Shown here in pieces: positions 1-7,403 of a stretch of 20,000 nucleotides of DNA. The position numbers were made by a program, and so were the translations under genes. The notes below the pieces were generated by a model that was given only the letters and a program-made list of their open reading frames with translations, ran no database searches and was not told the origin of the DNA. Each line of letters starts with the position of its first letter. The stretch's first letter is position 1. Source of the stretch: an uncultured virus (IMG/VR IMGVR_UViG_3300008107_000530) (Duplodnaviria > Heunggongvirae > Uroviricota > Caudoviricetes); the IMG/VR virus record IMGVR_UViG_3300008107_000530; one strand, written 5' to 3'.

Positions 1-215
1 GAGGGGGGTAACGTAAAAGTAACCAAAGGTGTCGGCGACGGAGCAGGTCCCGGAGCAGGAGCAGGTCCCGGAGCAGGAGCAGGAGCAGGAGCGGGTGAGG
101 GGGGTAACGTAAAAGTAACCAAAGGTGTCGGCGACGGAGCAGGTCCCGGAGCGGGAGCGGGAGCGGGAGCGGGCCCAGGAGCGGGAGCGGGCCCAGGAGC
201 GGGTGAGGGGGTAAC
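1..215. repeat. 96-nt-period coding tandem repeat with embedded 6-nt GGAGC(A/G) microrepeats
   Basis: Positions 1-56 are identical to 97-152. On the minus strand this encodes PAPSPTPLVTFTLPPSPAPAPAPG-type units. Confidence 0.95.
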
Positions 216-2669
216 TAATGGCTCAATTGGCGTTCCGGGCACCGGGACTATTGCAGGGCGAACTGCCGGATCAGGCTGATCCGCAGGAACTACAGGCCCC
301 ACGGGAGGGGCTACAGGTACGACATTTGGTCGTGTATCTGGGTTAGGTTGGTTGTCTGGCTGGGGTTTAGGGACCGCTGCACCGCCTTCGGTAGGGAACA
401 CAAAACCGTAGATGTCTAGCATCTCTTGGTCAGTGAGATAGCCGTACGGAGTAAGCCGTTTACCTGTGATGACTACTTGTTGAACCTCTGGACTTACGGT
501 AACTGCTGGTGCGGTCGGTGCAGGGGCGGGCGCAGCCACATCCCCGGGGATAACAGCAGCGGCGGTTAACCCCAACGCCGTAGCCACGTACTGCATCAAC
601 GGGTTAGCCGACCGGGCTACCAACGCCGCGAATCTTGGGTCATTTGCCGCCATACGTGCTATGGCGGGCATAGCGGTTTCAACTGCTTCAATCGCTACCG
701 GAACCCCCCGAGCAAGTCCAACCGCCAAGGCAGGTAGCGCCGCATACTGTTCGGTGGGCGCGTTTTCTTGTATTAGCCGGTTGACGTAGGCGTTTAACTC
801 ATCGTCAGTTGTAGGAGTAGGGAGTTGATCTACGGGGGTATTTCGATCAAGATACGCAGCGCCTGGGGTATAAGCTGAATAAGTTGGTTGTGTTGGCGCA
901 GGGGTTGGCTGCAGAACATCCTGCGACCGTGACGGGTCGGCATAGGCAGCGGATACCGTTTTACCGGTCTGGTACTTATCTATCTCAGAGCCAAACCCCT
1001 GAATTGCAGAAGTTATGGCAGCTTGGTTACCAGAGCTAATAGCAGTAGCAAGCCGACTTGCGGACGTAGCAAGCCCCAGCTCAGGGCTATCGATGAAGTT
1101 GTTAGCCCCAGCCAGAACTTGGGTTAGGTCTCCAGACTGAATACCCTTGGCGATGCCGATTGCCGCGCCAATGTCTTTTGAAGACAGCCCCGACGATTGC
1201 AGTACCCCCGCAGATCCTGTGGTGATCGCACCAGAAGCCGCAGCCGTAAGAACACTTCCAAAGTTCCCAGTCGCCAATGCGCTCGGCAGTGCTCCCGCAG
1301 CGCCTGTAATCGCACCCTGAACAGCTTTACCGGCGATATCTCCGGCTGTACCGCCCATCTGACTTGCAATCTGCGCGCCTGTGGTCTGAGCAAAATTGGC
1401 GACTGAGTTAACAGCGGCTTGGCTCAATCCACTTGCAGCGGCGGCTTTCAACGCATCTTGAAGGTTCCCACCTTGTGCAACAGTAAGCGCGGCGTTGATT
1501 GCTGCATTACCAATTGCCGTGGCCGTTGCGCCGGTCGCTCCAAGCGCAGTGCCGATACTTCCAGCCAAAGGGCCGAGCGCACCGGCGCTCATAGCGGTCA
1601 TGATCAACGGAGCAAAGTCCGTTGCTATTGTCTCTACCGCCCCGCCTAACGTGCTGAAGAAATCTCCGAAGAATCCTCTACTACCTTCTTTGAACTGACC
1701 TGTACCCGTTACTTGCCCAGTGGCCCTATCAATAATCTCATAAGGCTGACCGGCACCTGTTTGCCCAGTTTTGTACCGGTATACGTATTCAACCGCCCCC
1801 GGTGCTTCGCCTGTTTCCGCGCTAGCGGGTTGTGAATACACAGGTTGATATGTGTACTCACCAATAGTCCTCGTGTCGTATTCATTTGTACCCCAAGACC
1901 ATGCGGCAGTAGGCGCAGGAGTAGGCGCAGGAGTAGGCGCAGGAGTAGGCGCAGGAGTAGGCGCAGGAGTAGGCGCAGGAGTAGGCGCAACGGTGCGGGG
2001 TAAGGTGAACGTCGGTGTGGGTGTCGGACCTACGAAACCAGTTGGTAATGGGGTAGGCCCCGCTATTGCAGGAGCAGCGGTCGGAGCAGCCGTAGGAGCA
2101 GCCGTAGGAGCAGCCGTAGGAGCAGCCGTAGGAGCAGCCGTAGGAGCAGCCGTAGGAGCGCGAGTGACTAGGAGAGTCGGCGCGGGGGTAGTAGTCGGCG
2201 CGGAAGTGACCAAAAGGGTCGGTGCGGGGGTAGGAGCAGCAGTTGGTGCAGGGGTAGGGGCGGGAGTCGGAGCGACCGTAGGGGGTAGAGTAAATGTCGG
2301 TGCGGGTGTAGGTGCCGCAGTTGGAGCCGGGATATACGGCCCGTATTGCTCGTACGGATCAGAGTACGTCTCTAAATCCGCTTCAGACGCCAACGTCTGG
2401 TATCCGCTCGTGGGACGAAAAATTGTTGGGGCCGGAGCAGGTGTAGGTGCAAGTGTTGGAGCGACAGTAGGGGGTAGCGTGAACGTCGGTGCTGGAGTAG
2501 GGGCCGGGGCGTAAGTCCCTAAATATCCATTGTTAAGCATCCAGTTAATAGATGCTTGGTCTACGCCCTGACTTAGTAAGGTGTTGGTATCAACTTGGTT
2601 TTGGTTAAACCAGTTGATTTTCTTCGTGGCATCGTAAGTGCCCCAGTCTGATGGCAGTGCAAGAGCCAT
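1..2669 (-). CDS. Large putative internal virion/DNA-ejection protein, partial (>=889 aa, continues past left edge); Pro/Thr/Ala-rich
   Basis: Translated by hand: ATG at 2669, 4 nt after the upstream stop, with no in-frame stop down to position 3. Begins MALALPSDWGTYDATKKINWFNQNQVDTNTLLSQGVDQASINWMLNNGY, then (APTP)n/(APTA)n tracts, a Gly/Ala-rich hydrophobic region (GFFGDFFSTLGGAVETIATDFAPLIMTAMSAGALGPLAGSIGTALGATGATA...), then PAPGP repeats. Absent from the ORF track because it has no stop in the window. Ejection function is inferred from its position after the nozzle genes and its composition. Confidence 0.85.
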   Translation of the reverse strand, partial: MALALPSDWGTYDATKKINWFNQNQVDTNTLLSQGVDQASINWMLNNGYLGTYAPAPTPAPTFTLPPTVAPTLAPTPAPAPTIFRPTSGYQTLASEADLETYSDPYEQYGPYIPAPTAAPTPAPTFTLPPTVAPTPAPTPAPTAAPTPAPTLLVTSAPTTTPAPTLLVTRAPTAAPTAAPTAAPTAAPTAAPTAAPTAAPAIAGPTPLPTGFVGPTPTPTFTLPRTVAPTPAPTPAPTPAPTPAPTPAPTPAPTAAWSWGTNEYDTRTIGEYTYQPVYSQPASAETGEAPGAVEYVYRYKTGQTGAGQPYEIIDRATGQVTGTGQFKEGSRGFFGDFFSTLGGAVETIATDFAPLIMTAMSAGALGPLAGSIGTALGATGATATAIGNAAINAALTVAQGGNLQDALKAAAASGLSQAAVNSVANFAQTTGAQIASQMGGTAGDIAGKAVQGAITGAAGALPSALATGNFGSVLTAAASGAITTGSAGVLQSSGLSSKDIGAAIGIAKGIQSGDLTQVLAGANNFIDSPELGLATSASRLATAISSGNQAAITSAIQGFGSEIDKYQTGKTVSAAYADPSRSQDVLQPTPAPTQPTYSAYTPGAAYLDRNTPVDQLPTPTTDDELNAYVNRLIQENAPTEQYAALPALAVGLARGVPVAIEAVETAMPAIARMAANDPRFAALVARSANPLMQYVATALGLTAAAVIPGDVAAPAPAPTAPAVTVSPEVQQVVITGKRLTPYGYLTDQEMLDIYGFVFPTEGGAAVPKPQPDNQPNPDTRPNVVPVAPPVGPVVPADQPDPAVRPAIVPVPGTPIEPLVTPSPAPGPAPAPGPAPAPAPAPGPAPSPTPLVTFTLPPSPAPAPAPAPGPAPAPGPAPSPTPLVTFTLPP
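1908..1989. repeat. 12-nt perfect tandem repeat AGTAGGCGCAGG (~6.8 copies), encodes (APTP)n on minus strand
   Basis: Seen directly in the sequence. Confidence 0.97.
2071..2159. repeat. 12-nt tandem repeat GGAGCAGCCGTA (6 perfect copies 2083-2154 plus degenerate flanks), encodes (APTA)n
   Basis: Seen directly in the sequence. Confidence 0.97.
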
Positions 2670-2673
2670 TACC

Positions 2674-4047
2674 TTACCCCGTTAAGTCCCAGAAGGTCAG
2701 AGAGCCCACGGCGTCACCCGTGGTAGCGCCCGACACGGTTCTGATCTGGATGGTGTATATGTCACTGACCCCGGCAAGGGAGGAGCCAAGCTGCAAGTCC
2801 CAGTTATAACCAGCAGGGTCCGCAAGGGGGTTTGTACCACCGCTGCCACTGGAAGTCACGTAGTCGGTTTGAACAATCGTCCCGCCTGTCACCGCCGTAG
2901 CGGTCACATCCATCTCGACGTTGTTTGAGGTCGTAGCAACCCAGGATGCACCAGTCAGCGTGGGGTTCTTCACCAGAGCGACCTCGTAGTTTTGCGAGGT
3001 GGTTGGCAACACTTGAACCCGTTGAGGGAGCACCACTGCACCAAGTCGCGTGGACTTCAGGCGGATGGAAACTATGGGGAGGAATGTGCTGCCGATGGTG
3101 CCAAGGATCGCAGTGCGCCGAGCGATATGCCCGAACGAATACTGCTCATACCCGCCCTCAGAAACAACCGAGGAGCAGATCTGCTTGAGCGTCCCTGCCA
3201 CAGCAACAGAGGAAACAATCTCGTAGCGCACCGGCAACGTAGCCGTGCTCATGTAAACAGTGGCTACGTTGTTGGCGTTCTCAAACGTGTGGCAGACGAT
3301 GTACTGGCCGTCGATGATGAATCCGCACCGCACAGAGCCAACGCCCAGCCACTCAAAGTCCATCCACAGAATCTGTGCCTTGGACGGGTCAAGGGTATAC
3401 CCTGAGTCTCCGGTGCCATCGAGCTTATCCCCGTTCCAGTCAGTTTGGTTGACTGTCCGCGCATCGCTGGGCGTACCGGGCGTGGGGATGGAGTTTGAAC
3501 GCAGGACGAAGGAATAGACCCCGTCTACCTTCTGGAAGAACACACCGTTGTCGGTGTTGTAGTAACCAACCCGCTGGGTCAGTCCCGCATTCAAACTGCT
3601 GTCCATCACAAATGTGGAGAGGACGAGTAGACCCTTACCCGGCTGGTACGGGAAAACCCGATACGTCTGCTTGACTACGGAACCCACACCGCCCGCAGTC
3701 ACGGCCATGTTTACCGCAGCTTCGTTTGAAGCGTAGGTGGCTGACCCAGTGCCCGTAGTAGTGGTGTCGAACTGGGGATCTGCTTCGTACCGGCTCTGAG
3801 AATCAAACAACGTGTACGGCTGGCTTACACGTACACGCCCAAACGCATCGGTGTTGGTCCCGCCAATGGAAATAGGTACAGGACTTCCGGTAGTTGCCAC
3901 GATCTGCTCCAGCAGGTTGTCTAGTTGGTTGAAGTACAACCGCAGAATGTTGACGAGCGCATCAAAGTAGGTGCGGTCATACTCCACCCCTGGTTTTGGT
4001 AGCGCGGGAGCCTTAAACCGCTTGATGAGGCTTACCCAAATACTCAT
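2674..4047 (-). CDS. Putative tail needle/fibre-like structural protein (457 aa)
   Basis: Start overlaps the nozzle stop (TGATG). N-terminal ~50 aa 'APALP..EYD..Y...L.NILRLYFNQLDN' helical module, followed by a beta-rich 'DAFGRVRVSQPYTLFD' domain that I recall from phage virion proteins. Confidence 0.7.
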   Translation of the reverse strand: MSIWVSLIKRFKAPALPKPGVEYDRTYFDALVNILRLYFNQLDNLLEQIVATTGSPVPISIGGTNTDAFGRVRVSQPYTLFDSQSRYEADPQFDTTTTGTGSATYASNEAAVNMAVTAGGVGSVVKQTYRVFPYQPGKGLLVLSTFVMDSSLNAGLTQRVGYYNTDNGVFFQKVDGVYSFVLRSNSIPTPGTPSDARTVNQTDWNGDKLDGTGDSGYTLDPSKAQILWMDFEWLGVGSVRCGFIIDGQYIVCHTFENANNVATVYMSTATLPVRYEIVSSVAVAGTLKQICSSVVSEGGYEQYSFGHIARRTAILGTIGSTFLPIVSIRLKSTRLGAVVLPQRVQVLPTTSQNYEVALVKNPTLTGASWVATTSNNVEMDVTATAVTGGTIVQTDYVTSSGSGGTNPLADPAGYNWDLQLGSSLAGVSDIYTIQIRTVSGATTGDAVGSLTFWDLTG

Positions 4048-5906
4048 CAGCTTTTCCTGCCGTCCTGCTTAATGTCAAGTCGCGGTGCCCCTAACTGCCA
4101 CTGTACGCCAACAGCATCAGACGCAATTTTCAACGCCATCTGCCTACCCCGCACTCGGACATTGATTTGCTGTGTGAACTGTTCAATAGGCACAGTTGCA
4201 ACCCGAGAAATCGCGCCGTTGTTTGTACCACCTTGGGACACAGGACTGTTGTACCCTGAACCCGAGTTTTGTAAAGGGAGGAGTGTAAGCGTGGCGCTCG
4301 GTGTGCCAGCGGTAGACCCACGGAATGTGATATCGGGCAGTACGCGCCAAACGAAACCAAAGCGATCCCCGTCCTCAATGTCAAACTCAGACGAAGTAAT
4401 GTACGCGTTGATGGGTACAGGTGTTCCAGTAGTGTTGTCATCAACACCGAACTCGTGATAGACCAGCTTATTGGCGGTTGCGGCTATCGGATAATCACTG
4501 GTGACGTTGGCATCGATCCAAGCGGTGCGATTCAGCGTGCCGTAGTACCACGCTTTTTCAAGGTAGTTGTAGATTACGTACCTATCGATTTCGGTACTGC
4601 TGGCGGAGCAGTAGAACCACCAGACTTCGTTGAACTGCTCAACGGTGGAAGAAAAAATCTGCTCGTTCTGGTCGTAGTTAAAGTCACTGAAAATGTACTG
4701 CCGGATATCGCACTCAAGCGTGCTCACGCGACCGTCATAGCTATAAAACTTTTCTTGCCCCATCCAGTAGGTTACGCCTGCCGCGACAGACCAAGCCCGG
4801 TCGCTAAAAATAGACACGTTGTCAGAGAGCAGTTGGGAACCCCAAACAATCGGAGGGCCAAAATACTGCAAAGAATACATGGAAGTGTCGGTCCAAACCA
4901 GAATTTCCTGCCTGACCTGACCAACAGCAACGATCTCTGAGCCGTGGGATAAGCGCAAAGACCCCGCTTGGTTGGTGGCGGCAGGGGTCCAGTTAACCGC
5001 ACTTTCCTGATCGCTCCAGCGGATCAGCATAGGATCTTGGGCCGAAGTGCCGTAGTCGTTACACCCAAACACCAGCACAAAACGAGAAGCATCGGAGACG
5101 AGCAAGCTATTTTGGATTACTGGGGCATCAGAAGCTCCAGGCAACGAAGTAAGTGCAACGCCTCTATTAAGCAAACCGCTGCTTGCGTCCCAATAGTACA
5201 AACCCCCACCGCGAGGCCCAAAGATAAGATCTTCACCAAAGTTCTGGTGGTTCCAGATTCGGAACTCCTTAGTGTTCAGACTGCCTGAACCCCAGGTGCC
5301 GCCACCCCAAGTGCCTGTGCCCCAACCGGAAAGCGGGTATTGAATATCCCCACCGGTAGTAACTTGGTACGCCGCTGTTACCGTCCCCCCTCCACCGGGA
5401 GGTTGGGTTACCGTTGAACTTGCGTTGCTTCCAGCGTTGATGGTGTATGTGCTGGCGTCAATTACCGTTACGACGTACTCACCAGAAATAGTCAGCCCAC
5501 CAACCGCTGTTGCCCCCGAAAAAGTTACATAGTCGCCCGTCAAAGCTCCGTGGTTTGAATCGGTAACGGTTACCGTCGGCAAGCTGATTGTGGTAGAAAA
5601 CGGGTTTGTCAGAACAACGCTGCGCCGAATCGGTGTGATGTCGTAGTACACACCACCAAAGGTGATGTAATACTTTAGGTTGGTGCCAACGCCGAGCAAT
5701 CCAGAGTAAGAGAAGGTTGACCACGGCCACAGCGCCCTGCAGATCCCAAGGTATGTAGTCGTGGAGAATTGCTGCCACCCACCAATTTTCTCAGGCGTAC
5801 CTTGGCGGAACCGTACCTTGTCGCAATCGTACCAACCACCTTCAGTGGTATAGCGCGTGTTTTCGCGGTTTACGCCCGGTTTGAATACTATCTTCTTGAG
5901 TGGCAT
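4047..5906 (-). CDS. Tail nozzle / P22 gp10-like 'stabilisation' protein (619 aa) with inserted small beta domain
   Basis: True start is probably MPLKKIVFKPGVNRENTRY at 5906, 2 nt after the lysozyme stop, not the track's 5987. Has propeller-type motifs (IRWSDQES...NWTP...NQAGS.RL..GS.I, EVWWFY, YNY.E..WY.G.L.RTAW) typical of podophage nozzles. Confidence 0.8.
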   Translation of the reverse strand: MPLKKIVFKPGVNRENTRYTTEGGWYDCDKVRFRQGTPEKIGGWQQFSTTTYLGICRALWPWSTFSYSGLLGVGTNLKYYITFGGVYYDITPIRRSVVLTNPFSTTISLPTVTVTDSNHGALTGDYVTFSGATAVGGLTISGEYVVTVIDASTYTINAGSNASSTVTQPPGGGGTVTAAYQVTTGGDIQYPLSGWGTGTWGGGTWGSGSLNTKEFRIWNHQNFGEDLIFGPRGGGLYYWDASSGLLNRGVALTSLPGASDAPVIQNSLLVSDASRFVLVFGCNDYGTSAQDPMLIRWSDQESAVNWTPAATNQAGSLRLSHGSEIVAVGQVRQEILVWTDTSMYSLQYFGPPIVWGSQLLSDNVSIFSDRAWSVAAGVTYWMGQEKFYSYDGRVSTLECDIRQYIFSDFNYDQNEQIFSSTVEQFNEVWWFYCSASSTEIDRYVIYNYLEKAWYYGTLNRTAWIDANVTSDYPIAATANKLVYHEFGVDDNTTGTPVPINAYITSSEFDIEDGDRFGFVWRVLPDITFRGSTAGTPSATLTLLPLQNSGSGYNSPVSQGGTNNGAISRVATVPIEQFTQQINVRVRGRQMALKIASDAVGVQWQLGAPRLDIKQDGRKS

Positions 5907-5908
5907 GG

Positions 5909-6412
5909 TTACCCCAAAAACAACGCACGTTCGTCTTTGCGGCGCTTGGCGAGCCCAGGCAACTCTCTGCCGCCGCCCTTGGTCCAAGCCATGAACGCAT
6001 CGGCTGCACCTTCAAAGTCACCCCGGTTGTTCTTCATGCGGATGGTGCTTCGCTGGTAGTTGCCTAACCCGGCGTTGAAACTAAAAGAGACCACAGCGTC
6101 AAATGCGCCTTGACGATCAGCCAGATTAGGAGACAGTCGAAGAGCACCACGCTCAAAAGATGCGACATCTTGGCTGAAAAGCTCTTCAATCTCATCTCGG
6201 CTCCAGACCCGGTTGTCCTCTGGGCGCAGCGGGTACTCCTTGCGGATGACCCCAGTGTAATCGCCTACCCTTGCGACAGGAAGCCTGATCTGTTCTTGGT
6301 ACAGAACGTGGCCGTAGCCGATGGTCCAGATGTGCGCAGGGCAAAGGTAAGGCTTCGTCCGATACCCCTCGTATCGGTGCATCAGATCAGCGCCGACCTT
6401 GCTGAGTTTCAC
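5909..6412 (-). CDS. Endolysin, phage lysozyme (GH24)
   Basis: GH24 motifs EG....PYLCPA..WTIGYGH (E-x8-C-x5-T), QGAFDAVVSFSFNAG.GN...ST and W.K.GG..LPGL.KRR..ERALF. GTG start overlaps the upstream TGA. Confidence 0.95.
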   Translation of the reverse strand: MKLSKVGADLMHRYEGYRTKPYLCPAHIWTIGYGHVLYQEQIRLPVARVGDYTGVIRKEYPLRPEDNRVWSRDEIEELFSQDVASFERGALRLSPNLADRQGAFDAVVSFSFNAGLGNYQRSTIRMKNNRGDFEGAADAFMAWTKGGGRELPGLAKRRKDERALFLG

Positions 6413-6912
6413 TTCTTGTTCCAGCTACGGGTTCCGAACCAGAACCCAATGATTCCACCCAGCATTGCCATCTCGTCTTCAGAGAAGATCACGGCGGTCA
6501 CGCGAATCAAGCTGTCCACATCCTTGATCAACCCAGGCTGGTTAAACGCGTACCAAGCAATCGCTGCGTTGATCGCCACAAGCTCAAGGATGAAGATGTA
6601 GGTCACTGTCGGGCGCACAGTACCGACATAGTTGGCAACCCAGCGAGATGCTTTCTCCAAGACCTTCTCGTCATGCTCCAGAGCCCGCTCGGTCATGGAG
6701 GCTTCGGTCTGCATCTGGACCTGCTCGGTCCTGATCTCTTCCATCCGGGCCTGGGCGGCAAAGCCTTGAGCCGCGAGTTGCAGTTCTCGCTCCGTCTGCA
6801 CACGGGCAAGCGCCAGTTCATGCTTCTGGTCAGCACGGTTCTGGAAGAAGTCCAGCAGCTTTGGTAAGCCGGAGATCAACAGGCCACCGAGGGTGGAAAG
6901 AAGAGACAGCAT
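6409..6912 (-). CDS. Holin-like membrane protein (GTA 3TM-holin-like)
   Basis: N-terminal amphipathic/hydrophobic helix, a coiled coil, a 'WV....GTVRP.VTY' motif, two hydrophobic segments and a C-terminal GFWFG.R..KK. Directly upstream of the lysozyme. Confidence 0.7.
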   Translation of the reverse strand: MLSLLSTLGGLLISGLPKLLDFFQNRADQKHELALARVQTERELQLAAQGFAAQARMEEIRTEQVQMQTEASMTERALEHDEKVLEKASRWVANYVGTVRPTVTYIFILELVAINAAIAWYAFNQPGLIKDVDSLIRVTAVIFSEDEMAMLGGIIGFWFGTRSWNKK

Positions 6913-7383
6913 TTACTTCTCCAGCAAGAAGGTCAGGTTCTTGTGCTTGGGGTACGTCACAGTACGCTGGCCCTCGGGGCACTTGTATGTAATCGTTGCA
7001 AGCAGCGTAGCCGTCCCAGGCGCGATCTTGTCCTTGGGAGACATTGTCAGTTGGTAGGTGAAGGTGTCCACCTCGGGGCTTGCGGGGCCAGTGAACTTTG
7101 ACATGCTCGGCGTGGCTTCGTGGATCACCCCAGACGCATCACGCACCGTGGGCAAAAAGCCTTCAACTGAGCAGTCATCGCGCCGCTTGATACGTGCCAC
7201 CTGCACCGTTATGGGGGCTCCAACCTTGGCAGGCTGGATCTTGAAGTGCTCCGGTGACCACTCCAGAATTGGCTTCTCCGTTGACCACCACCCAAACTTG
7301 TCGCCAGCCGTAAAGCCCCCCACCGCCAATGCGAACGCAGCGGTACAGAACTGAACAACGGGGGTGAGCTTAGGGATTTCCAT
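6913..7383 (-). CDS. Hypothetical membrane-anchored protein in lysis cassette (156 aa)
   Basis: N-terminal hydrophobic segment, then a beta-rich domain with two Cys. Its stop abuts the holin ATG (TAAATG). Confidence 0.7.
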   Translation of the reverse strand: MEIPKLTPVVQFCTAAFALAVGGFTAGDKFGWWSTEKPILEWSPEHFKIQPAKVGAPITVQVARIKRRDDCSVEGFLPTVRDASGVIHEATPSMSKFTGPASPEVDTFTYQLTMSPKDKIAPGTATLLATITYKCPEGQRTVTYPKHKNLTFLLEK

Positions 7384-7403
7384 AGGTTTATGGTTTTGCC
7401 AGC

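Noticed and set aside
1..2160. Repeats as a CRISPR array
   Set aside because: Head-to-tail, in-frame coding repeats without unique spacers; no cas genes.
1852..2514. Plus-strand 220-aa (GAGV)n ORF and minus-strand 1709-1990 (LLLR)n ORF
   Set aside because: Shadow frames of the P/T/A repeats of the real minus-strand ORF starting at 2669.
5907..5987. N-terminal extension of the nozzle ORF to 5987
   Set aside because: Overlaps the lysozyme 3' end; the ATG at 5906 directly follows the lysozyme stop and gives a typical nozzle N-terminus.
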